A stretch of DNA of 63,273 bases, filler included. It is 4 parts of 4 records of this genome, joined end to end, with 100 filler letters (N's around TTAATTAATTAA, not from the genome) between each part and the next. Parts side by side here need not be neighbours in the genome. Positions count along the whole stretch, not along the records: positions 28,318 to 57,994 come from SRR31156797_2035; 3 more parts are not named here. One strand, 5' to 3'. This document shows positions 47,009 to 56,682 of this stretch, in pieces. The position numbers and the translations under genes were made by a program. Every line of letters begins with the position of its first letter. Positions within the stretch are counted from its first letter, which is position 1. Under the pieces are notes generated by a model, which saw nothing but the letters and a program-made list of their open reading frames with translations, was not told where the DNA came from and made no database searches.

Positions 47009-48466
47009 TTACCTTCGAATCTGCTTTAATTTCTCTACCGCCAAATCCTTTATAAAGATATAATCCTTAAATTGAGTAGCTTCGCAAACAGAAAATACAA
47101 AGAGTGCACCCGCAGCTATTTGTAAAACCAGATTCCATACGGGAGCAAAAGGCAGTAAAGTTCCTAAAAAAAACACCCCTCCTGCCATTGAAATAGCCAG
47201 ACCAAACGAAGGAAAAATATCTCTTATCTGCTCTAAAGAAGAATAGTTAATCATTCTTCCACTCCAGTAACTGTTTATAAAAAATGCAATCAGGCTGTTT
47301 AAAATCATTCCAATAATTAAAATCTCAATACCTAAAAACACACCAACTACAATAACCGGAACCGCCAATATCTTTTTAATCACTTCAAGTTTTAAAAATA
47401 AATCGGACCGTCCTTGAACTTTAAGCATATTCAAATTTAAAGCATGTAAAGGATACAACATACCTACAAAGGAAAGCAATTGCAAATAAATTATAGATTG
47501 TTGCCATTTTTCTCCTATTAACGTATTGACTAATGGTTCAGCGACTGCGGCCATTCCTATCATAAGAACAAATGAAATAAGCATGGTTGCCTTTATGAGC
47601 TTCTTATAATTTGCTTTAAGTCTTGGTATGTCATCCTGAATGCTAGACAATACGGGGTAGGTTACCCTTTGTATGATAACCGTAATATTCTCTGATGGTA
47701 GCTTTTTAAACTGATCTGCTCTTGTAAAAAAACCTAAATCAGATGCTGAAAAGAATTTGCCAATTACTAATAGATAAATATTCCTGTAGGTAGTAGCAAT
47801 TAAACCACTTATTAATAATTTGGACCCAAACGAAAACAATTCTTTAAAAGATGCTGTACTAAAAGCCAATAGGGGAAGCCAACAATTCCAAATCCAAAGA
47901 AGCAAAGCATTCATTCCTCGTTGACTGATTTGTTTGGCCACCAGACTCCAAACGCCAAAACCATTATAAGCCATGCTAATACCCACAACACCTCCAAAAA
48001 CATTGGCTATAACCGAAACTTTTGTTTGTAATTTAAAATCAATGTTTTTCGTCAATTTAGTGCGTTGAATAATAGTAAAAGCATCAATGATGAGCACAAC
48101 AGCCATTATCTTTATGATCTTTTGTAGTTGGGGTTCATCAAAAAACCGGCTAATTATTGGAGATATAAAGAACAACAAGATGAAAAGTAAAACAGAAACA
48201 GCGAGGTTGAAATAAAATATGGTAGAGTAATCAACATTTGTACAATCCTTTTTCCTAATTAATGCCTGGCTAAACCCACTGTCAATTAAAGATGTAGATA
48301 TTGCGATAAAAATAGTTATCATCCCTATTAATCCAAACTGCTCCGGTTCGAGTAGCCGAGCCAAAATAATCCCCACTATAAATGTCAAGCCCTGTTTTGA
48401 GAAATTTTCCGCAAAACTCCACAATAAGCCGCTTAAAGTTTTTTGCTTTAGTTTCTTCGCCTCCAT
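47009..48466 (-). CDS. wzx: Polysaccharide flippase
   Basis: ILARLLEPEQFGLIGM, DSGFSQALI, GVWSLV, multi-TM. Confidence 0.93.
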   Translation of the reverse strand: MEAKKLKQKTLSGLLWSFAENFSKQGLTFIVGIILARLLEPEQFGLIGMITIFIAISTSLIDSGFSQALIRKKDCTNVDYSTIFYFNLAVSVLLFILLFFISPIISRFFDEPQLQKIIKIMAVVLIIDAFTIIQRTKLTKNIDFKLQTKVSVIANVFGGVVGISMAYNGFGVWSLVAKQISQRGMNALLLWIWNCWLPLLAFSTASFKELFSFGSKLLISGLIATTYRNIYLLVIGKFFSASDLGFFTRADQFKKLPSENITVIIQRVTYPVLSSIQDDIPRLKANYKKLIKATMLISFVLMIGMAAVAEPLVNTLIGEKWQQSIIYLQLLSFVGMLYPLHALNLNMLKVQGRSDLFLKLEVIKKILAVPVIVVGVFLGIEILIIGMILNSLIAFFINSYWSGRMINYSSLEQIRDIFPSFGLAISMAGGVFFLGTLLPFAPVWNLVLQIAAGALFVFSVCEATQFKDYIFIKDLAVEKLKQIRR

Positions 48467-49597
48467 CTAGGCTGAAAAGTCATTTATTATTTTACTTATT
48501 CTTTTTACGGTTTCCAATTCCAGTTCGGGGTAAATAGGAAGGCAAATGACCCTTTCAGTCATAGACTCGGCTATTGGGAGATTTTCGGCTCTGGCTGTTG
48601 GAAGCCCTCTAAAAGAGGGAAACTGGCTAATCAATGGATAAAAATACCGCCGGCCATTAATACCCTTTTCCTTTAGGTGAAAATAAAGTTCATCACGGGT
48701 TTTTCCGTATTGTTCTTTTTCAACAAAAATGGGGAAATATGCTATGCTGTTATTTTCCAGTTCTTTTGGATGAGATAACAAATTAATTCCTTTAATCCCG
48801 ACTAATTCCCTTTGATAAACTTCGGCAATTTGCTGCCGCTTTGCTATATTGCTTTGATATTCTTTTAATTGCAACAATCCCAAAGCGGCCTGCATTTCAT
48901 TCATTTTGGAGTTAATACCCGGCGCCATTACCTTAGTCTCCCCAGCAAAACCGAAATTCTTTAAATAATCAATTCGCTGCTTGGTTTTCTCATCATGACA
49001 AATTATGGCTCCACCTTCCATGGTATTATATGGCTTAGTGGCGTGAAAACTCAAGGTAGAAAGATCGCCCCAGTTCAAAATACTTTGGCCTTTATACTTA
49101 TTACCAAAAGCATGCGCCGCATCGTAAATGACTTTCAAACCGTAGGTATCTGCTATTTCTTGTATGCGTTCTACCTTGCATGGATTACCATACACATGTA
49201 CTGGCAAAATTGCTGTGGTTTTAGGAGTAATAGCCTCTTCAATGCGCTCCGGGTCCAGGTTGCCATTTTCAGGTTCTACATCTGCAAAAACCGGTTTGAT
49301 ATTATTCCACCAAAGAGAATTTGTTGTTGCCACAAAGCTGTAAGGCGTTGTGATTACTTCACCGGTAATACGTAAAACCTGCAAGGCTGTAAGTAAGGCC
49401 AGTGTACCGTTAGCAAACAATGCCACATGTTTTACCCCCAAAAATTTCGCCATTTCTTTTTCAAGCTGCTGGTGAAATTGTCCATTGTTTGTGAGCCAGC
49501 GGCTTTTCCATATTTCTTCCAGGTAGGGTATAAACTCGTGTAATTCTGGTAAGCTGGGTTGGGTAACATAAATTCTATTGGGTTCTTCTTTTTTCAT
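48467..49597 (-). CDS. DegT/DnrJ sugar aminotransferase (VioA-like)
   Basis: IYVTQP, WLTNNG, YDAAHAFG, LSFHATK, GINSKMNE. Confidence 0.9.
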   Translation of the reverse strand: MKKEEPNRIYVTQPSLPELHEFIPYLEEIWKSRWLTNNGQFHQQLEKEMAKFLGVKHVALFANGTLALLTALQVLRITGEVITTPYSFVATTNSLWWNNIKPVFADVEPENGNLDPERIEEAITPKTTAILPVHVYGNPCKVERIQEIADTYGLKVIYDAAHAFGNKYKGQSILNWGDLSTLSFHATKPYNTMEGGAIICHDEKTKQRIDYLKNFGFAGETKVMAPGINSKMNEMQAALGLLQLKEYQSNIAKRQQIAEVYQRELVGIKGINLLSHPKELENNSIAYFPIFVEKEQYGKTRDELYFHLKEKGINGRRYFYPLISQFPSFRGLPTARAENLPIAESMTERVICLPIYPELELETVKRISKIINDFSA

Positions 49598-50969
49598 TTA
49601 ATTCTATTTTTGAAAGGAATCCTTCAGGTAAAATAATAAATTTAATAAGCAATGATACCATACCAAATATTCCTGTAATAATAAAAATAGCATCAAGGGG
49701 TAATCGATAACGCCAATTAGTATAAGGTATCGTAAGCGCATGCAATAGCACATATATTAAAATTGTACCAAGAAATATGTAGAAAACCTGGCGGTTTCTT
49801 CTGTATAAGAAATAAAAACCCGGAATTGAAAAAACCAACATAAGTCCATAAAAAAGGAATGTTGCGATATTCTGTCTCAAAGACTTTTCATAATAGAAAT
49901 AACCAGTTCTTTCAAATCGCCCTTCAAGCTGAAAAGGTTCCATCAATGTTCTAATTCTAGACCAATAAGCGTTAATTCCTGTTAATGGTGAAGGTCTCTT
50001 GCCATCTTTTAATGCATGAATCCAGGCTTTGGGCAGCTCATATCCTGCATCAGTATGAGTTTTGGTGCCATTAATTAGCGAATCAATTTGATAATCATGA
50101 ATATAATATCTTCCTTTTATACTTGTAAAGTCATCACCAAAATACTCCTCTTTCGGTTCATATCCGAACAACTTATCTGTAAAGGGTTGTGTTCTTGGGG
50201 TTAAAATAACGATTTTGTCATACTTTTGATAATTACGGACTGACCATGGGATCATTAACAAAATTGTAAGAAAAATAAATAAAATAGAATTTTTCACCCT
50301 AAAGTTTTTAAAGCCCAAAGTCTCCTGATAAAGGATAAAAAATAAAATAAAAGGGGCAAACACAACATACCTTTCATCCAGGTGAAAAGAAATAACATAC
50401 ATTAAAATAAATAGAAAGTATTTCTTATAATTGAACTGATTTTTTACGAAAAGCTTAATAAGAAGATAAAGCAGAAATATCATTAAAAAGGACATCCAAA
50501 TATCTTTACCTGGTGACGCTGAAAAATAAAAATAGAAAAAATAAAACAATGACCAGATGCCTATGAATATGGCTTGTTTTTTATTCAAAAAAAGTCGGGC
50601 TGTTTTATATGTATATAAGGTTATCAAAGATGAACCCAAAGCAGTAATTATATATATACCAATATAATTGTTTTGAAAGACAATAATTGTTAGTGCATTT
50701 AACCAAGGGATCACTGGTCCTGCTGCATTCAAATAAGTCGAATTGATATCATAAAAAAGTGTTCCTTGTTCAATAACATACTTAGCTATTGTAATATAAG
50801 CGTTATTTTCATCAAAAGTATGATTATAAAAAATGTACAAAACATATATAAGCCTTAATATAAAAGCAGATATCAACAAAGTAATTGCAACTTGTTTGTC
50901 GGTAGCATCTAAAATCTTTTTTATTATACGTTGTATCACTTTATTGTTTTTAATATGCATCAAAATCAA
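49575..50969 (-). CDS. GT-C fold (ArnT/PMT-like) membrane glycosyltransferase
   Basis: AFILRL..FDENNAY after TM1, many TMs, PWSVRNY, WRYRLPLD. Confidence 0.75.
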   Translation of the reverse strand: MILMHIKNNKVIQRIIKKILDATDKQVAITLLISAFILRLIYVLYIFYNHTFDENNAYITIAKYVIEQGTLFYDINSTYLNAAGPVIPWLNALTIIVFQNNYIGIYIITALGSSLITLYTYKTARLFLNKKQAIFIGIWSLFYFFYFYFSASPGKDIWMSFLMIFLLYLLIKLFVKNQFNYKKYFLFILMYVISFHLDERYVVFAPFILFFILYQETLGFKNFRVKNSILFIFLTILLMIPWSVRNYQKYDKIVILTPRTQPFTDKLFGYEPKEEYFGDDFTSIKGRYYIHDYQIDSLINGTKTHTDAGYELPKAWIHALKDGKRPSPLTGINAYWSRIRTLMEPFQLEGRFERTGYFYYEKSLRQNIATFLFYGLMLVFSIPGFYFLYRRNRQVFYIFLGTILIYVLLHALTIPYTNWRYRLPLDAIFIITGIFGMVSLLIKFIILPEGFLSKIELNEKRRTQ

Positions 50970-51792
50970 TTAACTCGAAAAAAACGTCTTCCTTTTTAAA
51001 ATTTAAATTTTGATTGGTTAGATCTTTAAATATAAAATTTAAGGGTACTGGCCTAAGTTTTTTTGGTAAATTAATAAATATCCCTTTTTCATTCTTTTTT
51101 GGAGCTAATCCAATCCAAAGTTTAAATAATGGTTGTTTCGTTTTCAAATCAATTCGTTTGGTTTTACTGAAGCGCATTTGGGCGTATATAAATGGTTTTC
51201 CTGTTGAAGTAACAATGTGGTTTTTACTATTCTGAAAATAATTTGCTGATGGGTTTGATAGTCTCCAATTCAAGGATTCATGAGTCCACACAGAATGTAA
51301 TTTGCAATCATTTGTTTTATATATATTTATTTTACCCAAACCTATTCTAACATCTAGAGGTGCTATCAGTTTAAATCCTAGTCGATTTATTAACCCATGT
51401 GAACTATTTTGATTTGCTACCCCAACAACAAACTTATAACCTAAGCTGTAAGCATCTTCAAATGTTTTGGTGGCAATTTTTAGAAATAGACCTTTACCTC
51501 TATGCTCTGGGTGTGTTACCAGATTTAATGCTAATAATCCCCTAGTTGTACTTCCGTTTATATTGTATAAAACAGGCAGGGTTGCGAAATGAGAAACAAT
51601 CTGTCCATTATAATATGCATCATAGCCTATAAATTGACCAACAGGATTATCTAAATATTGCCATTGCAAGTATTGCGAGGAACATCTTTGAATATCTAGA
51701 TAATTTAACTTTAAAAAAGGTGAAGATAAAAAATTAGAATACCTGTTTAGATGTTCTATGGTATTTCCTGATCTAACAATAGAATATTCCAT
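50950..51792 (-). CDS. GNAT-family acyltransferase
   Basis: YLQWQYLDNP, VTHPEHRGKGLF, GVANQNS. Confidence 0.8.
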   Translation of the reverse strand: MEYSIVRSGNTIEHLNRYSNFLSSPFLKLNYLDIQRCSSQYLQWQYLDNPVGQFIGYDAYYNGQIVSHFATLPVLYNINGSTTRGLLALNLVTHPEHRGKGLFLKIATKTFEDAYSLGYKFVVGVANQNSSHGLINRLGFKLIAPLDVRIGLGKINIYKTNDCKLHSVWTHESLNWRLSNPSANYFQNSKNHIVTSTGKPFIYAQMRFSKTKRIDLKTKQPLFKLWIGLAPKKNEKGIFINLPKKLRPVPLNFIFKDLTNQNLNFKKEDVFFELIDFDAY

Positions 51793-51797
51793 AACCT

Positions 51798-52643
51798 TTA
51801 GGTTTTTATAATGTCAAAAAATTTTGCATATGGCATGACTTCATAACCCTTTTGAATTAATCGATCTAGCTTAGGTATAACATTATTTCGATTATAATAC
51901 ATGAGCATGTTATAAAACCGATTATTATTTATGCCCCCATGCATGAATTTTTCCTGTTTTGAATCAATATCATAAGGATGAAAAAAACCTACTAGAGGAT
52001 AATTTTTCAACTTTCTTTGATTAAGCATAAAATGGATCATAAATTGGGGAATAACCCTAAAATAAATACCCCCAACCGACGGAACTTTAAGCGGTCCTAG
52101 CTTACCTGTAGTTATCGGTATTTCCAAAATGCCGGAATCAGTAATTCGAGGCTTCTCTCCAAACTCCGGCCATCCATATAGCGGATTTTTTGCTGGTAAA
52201 ACGGAACTTGAGTATGTAAAACCAAGTTCTTTTAATATTTCATAAGTCCACTTTGTTTTTTCTACTAAAGAATAAGTTGGTGCTCTAAATCCTTTTATAT
52301 TTTTCACCCCTGCCTTTTTTAAAATAGAAATGTTATCAACTAAGTCATTATAAAGTTCTTCTTTATTATAATGATCTAAAGGAATGTGTTTCGCCGTATG
52401 ACAAGCTATTTCATGGCCCCTTGAGTGAATTTCAGCAATTAGATCGGGATGTTTTGACCCCACGTCTCCTGTAACAAAAAAAGTACATTTAAAATCGTAT
52501 TTATCTAACCACTTTAAGTAGGTCTTAGTATTATCTATTACGCGGTCTTTATAAATTTCTCCATTTTCCACCCCTTGCCTAACATCCTCAAGATCAACGC
52601 TAAAAAGAAATGTTTTTGAACTATTTTCTATATTAATTACCAT
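51798..52643 (-). CDS. Polysaccharide deacetylase with DUF3473-type C-terminus
   Basis: SVDLED, GHEIACHT, GFRAPTYS, GGIYFR, FFHPYDID. Confidence 0.88.
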   Translation of the reverse strand: MVINIENSSKTFLFSVDLEDVRQGVENGEIYKDRVIDNTKTYLKWLDKYDFKCTFFVTGDVGSKHPDLIAEIHSRGHEIACHTAKHIPLDHYNKEELYNDLVDNISILKKAGVKNIKGFRAPTYSLVEKTKWTYEILKELGFTYSSSVLPAKNPLYGWPEFGEKPRITDSGILEIPITTGKLGPLKVPSVGGIYFRVIPQFMIHFMLNQRKLKNYPLVGFFHPYDIDSKQEKFMHGGINNNRFYNMLMYYNRNNVIPKLDRLIQKGYEVMPYAKFFDIIKT

Positions 52644-52797
52644 TTAAAGTAGTTTTTTTTAATAAAGGCTTTTTGTTAGTTATTATCTGTTACTTATTCT
52701 AAAATTAGATTTATTAAAATATTTGTTTAAACAGCTATATTAGAAACTATTCATCATTTTTTACTTATCAAAACACGGCTATCGCTTCAAATTACTT

Positions 52798-53163
52798 TTA
52801 TGGGTTTCTGGTAACTAAAAAAACACCAAGAAAAATTACTCCAACTCCGATCCATCTTATAGTAGGAACTTGTTCATGAAGAACAAACTTAGCTGCAAAT
52901 AACCCAAAAACATAACTCAAGCTAACTAAAGGGTACAAAATTCCAAAATCAAACTTGCTCATTAACCCCAACCAGATTACAATAGCAACAATAAAAGCAA
53001 CTGTGCTTAATATAAGTTCAATTTTAAAAAACAAACCAACTTTATCAAGACCTAATGGCAAAATGTAACTACTATATTTTTCCAACCATATTTTTAACAA
53101 AACTTGGTTTGTCGTTAAACAAAAAGTTGTAAGCAAAACCAATAAAAAATCAATTAGCTTCAT
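52798..53163 (-). CDS. EamA/SMR small transporter (ArnE/ArnF-like flippase subunit)
   Basis: 121 aa, four TMs, YPLVSLSYV, VLHEQVPTIRWIGVGVI. Confidence 0.8.
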   Translation of the reverse strand: MKLIDFLLVLLTTFCLTTNQVLLKIWLEKYSSYILPLGLDKVGLFFKIELILSTVAFIVAIVIWLGLMSKFDFGILYPLVSLSYVFGLFAAKFVLHEQVPTIRWIGVGVIFLGVFLVTRNP

Positions 53164-53509
53164 CGTTATCCTTTTTTCTAATTTTATTCTCCAATATACT
53201 CGTATGTGAGATTAATTCTTGAACTCTATCACTTAGTTCAGAAATCTTTATTGACAAGTAGAGCACATATATCAACAAAAATGAAACAAGTCCAACAATG
53301 ATGATAAATGAAGCATCCGTGATGCCCATTAATGTTGCTATTTTTTTATAAAACCCTTCAAATAATGTTATGCTTATTACAAAAAGAGTAACTAAGAGCC
53401 ACAGCGCTGAATAAAAAGGCTTTACAAAACGCTTTTTTACTAAAACGATAAAACCAATTAAAAATAGTAAACCAAAGCTGAGCGCAAAAATCTTTAATAT
53501 TAGACTCAT
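53150..53509 (-). CDS. DUF2304 membrane protein
   Basis: SALWLL, three TMs, LSIKISELSDRVQELIS coiled tail; follows a DPM-like GT2. Confidence 0.8.
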   Translation of the reverse strand: MSLILKIFALSFGLLFLIGFIVLVKKRFVKPFYSALWLLVTLFVISITLFEGFYKKIATLMGITDASFIIIVGLVSFLLIYVLYLSIKISELSDRVQELISHTSILENKIRKKDNDEAN

Positions 53510-54219
53510 TATTTACGTTTTTGAATTAATGTCCCAATTAAGCTTATCAATCCGTATAAAGGAAATTTGAAAGCATTCACAATATTTATTTCTGACCTTC
53601 CTGTTTCTCTTGGACGCATTTTTACTGGCACTTCATGCATTTTCAATCCTGCAAAATGAGCCATCAAAAGCATCTGAACAGAGGCTTCCATCTCATGTTT
53701 TACTTTCTTTCCAAAATATTCAATTGCTTTTTTATTATAAGCTCTAAAACCAGAAGTAATATCGGTAAGCCTATTCTTTGTAATTATTGTAAGAATATTT
53801 GAAAACAGTTTTATTCCAAGCCTCCTCATAAAGGTGGACTGAAATCCTTCCTTTTTAATATACCTTGATCCTATGATAAAATCATAACCCTCACCATCAA
53901 TAATTGGTTTTACAAGTTTTGACAATTCAGCTGCAATGTGTTGATTATCACCATCCATGTGACAATAAATGTCGTAACCATGATAGTAGGCGAATGCAAA
54001 TGCTGTTTTAATAACACCAGCACTTCCTCCAGTATTAACAGGATGCACAAGATAATCTACTCCAGTGCTTTTTATAATTTTTACGCTATTATCTGTTGAG
54101 CAGTTATCAATAACTAATAGATCTGATTGAATATCATTGTTTTCAAGAAAATCATTAATTGTTTTTTCAATGGCTTTCTCTTCATTATAGTTGGATATCA
54201 CCGTTAATATTTTCATCAT
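53509..54219 (-). CDS. DPM-synthase-like GT2 (polyprenol-phosphate glycosyltransferase)
   Basis: YNEE, IDNCSTD, MDGDNQH, IIGSRY, TDITSGFRAY, EVPVKMRPRETGRS. Confidence 0.9.
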   Translation of the reverse strand: MMKILTVISNYNEEKAIEKTINDFLENNDIQSDLLVIDNCSTDNSVKIIKSTGVDYLVHPVNTGGSAGVIKTAFAFAYYHGYDIYCHMDGDNQHIAAELSKLVKPIIDGEGYDFIIGSRYIKKEGFQSTFMRRLGIKLFSNILTIITKNRLTDITSGFRAYNKKAIEYFGKKVKHEMEASVQMLLMAHFAGLKMHEVPVKMRPRETGRSEINIVNAFKFPLYGLISLIGTLIQKRK

Positions 54220-54824
54220 TTTAAAAATCTGGCTGGGTTACCAATGTAAGTTCCTGGTTTATCAATGTTTTTTGTTACTATTGCTCCAGCGCCAATAATT
54301 GTATTATCTGCTATTTGCAGATTTGGCAAAATTGTAGCATTTGCTCCAACATAACACTGTTTACCAACTTTAACATTTCCTAATATTACTGCATTGGGCG
54401 CAATTGTTGTAAAATCCCCAATTTCAGAATTATGCATCACATTACAATATGTATTTAGCTTAACATGATCACCAATAATACATTCACATGAAATATTAAC
54501 AGAGCTCTGAATGGTTGTTCCTTTTCCAATTTTAGCAGATTCTGAGACTTTTGCACTTTCAGAAATAATAGTTTCAAAAACATCAACTATTGGCTCATAA
54601 AATTTATATAGTTTGTTCCTCACGTTCGGATCATCAGGGATTATATTGACAGGAAATTTATTTATTGCAAAGTATTCTCTTGCTTCTTCATCTTTACCTA
54701 ACCACTTTACACCCCAATAATCTTCTTTTCTATAATTATCGAAAAACCCAACTATCTCATATTGACTTTGAATTGCCAATTCAAACATCTCATGAAATGA
54801 TCCAATAAAAATTATTTTTTTCAT
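54216..54824 (-). CDS. NeuD/PglD-family hexapeptide acetyltransferase
   Basis: GFFD, hexapeptide repeats, IIGAGAIVTK, GNPAR. Confidence 0.9.
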   Translation of the reverse strand: MKKIIFIGSFHEMFELAIQSQYEIVGFFDNYRKEDYWGVKWLGKDEEAREYFAINKFPVNIIPDDPNVRNKLYKFYEPIVDVFETIISESAKVSESAKIGKGTTIQSSVNISCECIIGDHVKLNTYCNVMHNSEIGDFTTIAPNAVILGNVKVGKQCYVGANATILPNLQIADNTIIGAGAIVTKNIDKPGTYIGNPARFLK

Positions 54825-55951
54825 TATAACACTTTATTGATCGATGTGGCAATATAATCCACATTCTCCTTAGATAATCCGCCATACATAGGTAATGTAA
54901 TTAAATTATCTGCTACATATTCTGTAACGGGCAAGTCTTTGTAAAACTCCTTATAAATAGAAAATCTGTGTACTGCAGGATAATGTATGCTTGTTTGTAT
55001 TCCAGATTCTCCTAATTTTGCTCTTACTTCATCTCGTTTTTCACTATTTGAATTTTTCAAAACTATAGGGAAAATATAATTAGATGAAAACTCAATCCTG
55101 TCTGCAAACGGAATAATTATTTCATCAATCTCATTTAATTGCTTTATATAATATTCTCTAATTTCTGCTCTCTTTTCTAAATCCGGTTTAAGTTTATCAA
55201 GTTGAACTATTCCTATTGAGGCCCTAATGTCATCCATTCTATAATTATATCCAAGCTCTACCACATCATATTGTGTTGAATGCCCTTTTGCTCGTTGATA
55301 TGACATAGAAGTCATCCCATGCGATCTTAACAAATTTGCCCTATCTGAGATTTCTGTATTATTCGTAATTAACATTCCTCCCTCTCCTGTACTTATGTTT
55401 TTGTTGGAGAAAAAACTAAAGCATCCTATATCTCCTATGGTTCCCAATTTCTTCCCTTGATATTCGGATAATGGTCCGTGGCAGGCATCTTCAATTACCT
55501 TTATTTGGTGTTTTTCAGCAATACTCATAATATGCTCCATATTGCAAGCAAATCCACCATAATGCATCACTATTATTGCTTTGGTCTTTTGTGTAATTTT
55601 TGCTTCAATATCAGTAACCGAAATAGTGAGGTCTTCGTAACTTGTTATATCAGCGAAAACCGGAATTGCGTCTACATAACGAATCGCATTAACAGTAGCT
55701 ACAAACGTTAAAGATGGGCAAATAACTTCATCTCCAGCCTCAACTCCTGCAAGTTTCAAGGCCATATGTAACGATACTGTACAATTAGACAGTGCGACAG
55801 CATGTTCAACATTCAGCATTTTAGCAAAACTATTCTCAAATTGTTGCACTTTTGGTCCGGTCGATATCCATTTGGATCTAATTGTTTCCAATACGGCATC
55901 CTCTTCAGCCTGATCAAAATTTAAATCAAATAACGGTATTTTATAATCCAT
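54824..55951 (-). CDS. DegT/DnrJ sugar aminotransferase
   Basis: WISTGP, IEDACH, FSFFSNKNISTGEGG, LGYNYRM. Confidence 0.93.
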   Translation of the reverse strand: MDYKIPLFDLNFDQAEEDAVLETIRSKWISTGPKVQQFENSFAKMLNVEHAVALSNCTVSLHMALKLAGVEAGDEVICPSLTFVATVNAIRYVDAIPVFADITSYEDLTISVTDIEAKITQKTKAIIVMHYGGFACNMEHIMSIAEKHQIKVIEDACHGPLSEYQGKKLGTIGDIGCFSFFSNKNISTGEGGMLITNNTEISDRANLLRSHGMTSMSYQRAKGHSTQYDVVELGYNYRMDDIRASIGIVQLDKLKPDLEKRAEIREYYIKQLNEIDEIIIPFADRIEFSSNYIFPIVLKNSNSEKRDEVRAKLGESGIQTSIHYPAVHRFSIYKEFYKDLPVTEYVADNLITLPMYGGLSKENVDYIATSINKVL

Positions 55952-55956
55952 ATTAT

Positions 55957-56658
55957 TTATTCTTCATTCTCAAAATACTCAGAAAAATCCTGTTGCGCTT
56001 GCTCATAATCATTTAATCGACCAATATCCAACCAATACTCTTTTAGTTCATATTTTGTGATTTTATTATTGTTGTCAATCATCTTTTTTATGAGATGATC
56101 CATGCCAAAGTATTCATCGCTCGGGAAAAAGTTAAAAATTTCCGGCCTCATAAAATATATACCCGCAAGGATATACATTTCAATATCCGGTTTTTCTTGT
56201 ATTTCAGTTACATAATCACCTTCGAAAAGAATATTTCCAAAGGCAAAAGGTGTTATTTCCTTTTTTATTGAAAGTGTCAACAAACTATCTTGTTTTAATG
56301 AGTAATTATAAAACTCATCAAACTTTATCAAACTCAAAATATCGCCATTCATAACTATAAATGGTTCATTTAATTTCTCTTTCAAAAGTAATAATGGGCC
56401 CGCTGTTCCAAGAGGTTTTTCTTCTTTGCTTATTTCAAGATTTACTCCATACCTGCTTCCGTCACCGAAAAAGTTCTCAATGTATTGTGATTTATAATTG
56501 GTCGCTAAAAATATATCCGTCACTCCAAATTTCTTTAATCTTTCAATCTGTATCTCCAATACAGACTTTTCCCCAATTGGAAGTAATGGTTTTGGTATTG
56601 TTTCAGTAAAGGGCTTTAAACGAGACCCCAACCCTCCAGCTAATATTACCGCTTTCAT
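55957..56658 (-). CDS. Sugar-phosphate nucleotidyltransferase
   Basis: ILAGGLGSRLKPFT..PKPLL, PLGTAG, VMNGD, YWLDIG. Confidence 0.92.
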   Translation of the reverse strand: MKAVILAGGLGSRLKPFTETIPKPLLPIGEKSVLEIQIERLKKFGVTDIFLATNYKSQYIENFFGDGSRYGVNLEISKEEKPLGTAGPLLLLKEKLNEPFIVMNGDILSLIKFDEFYNYSLKQDSLLTLSIKKEITPFAFGNILFEGDYVTEIQEKPDIEMYILAGIYFMRPEIFNFFPSDEYFGMDHLIKKMIDNNNKITKYELKEYWLDIGRLNDYEQAQQDFSEYFENEE

Positions 56659-56682
56659 AATTTCTTCAAATTTATTGTTTTA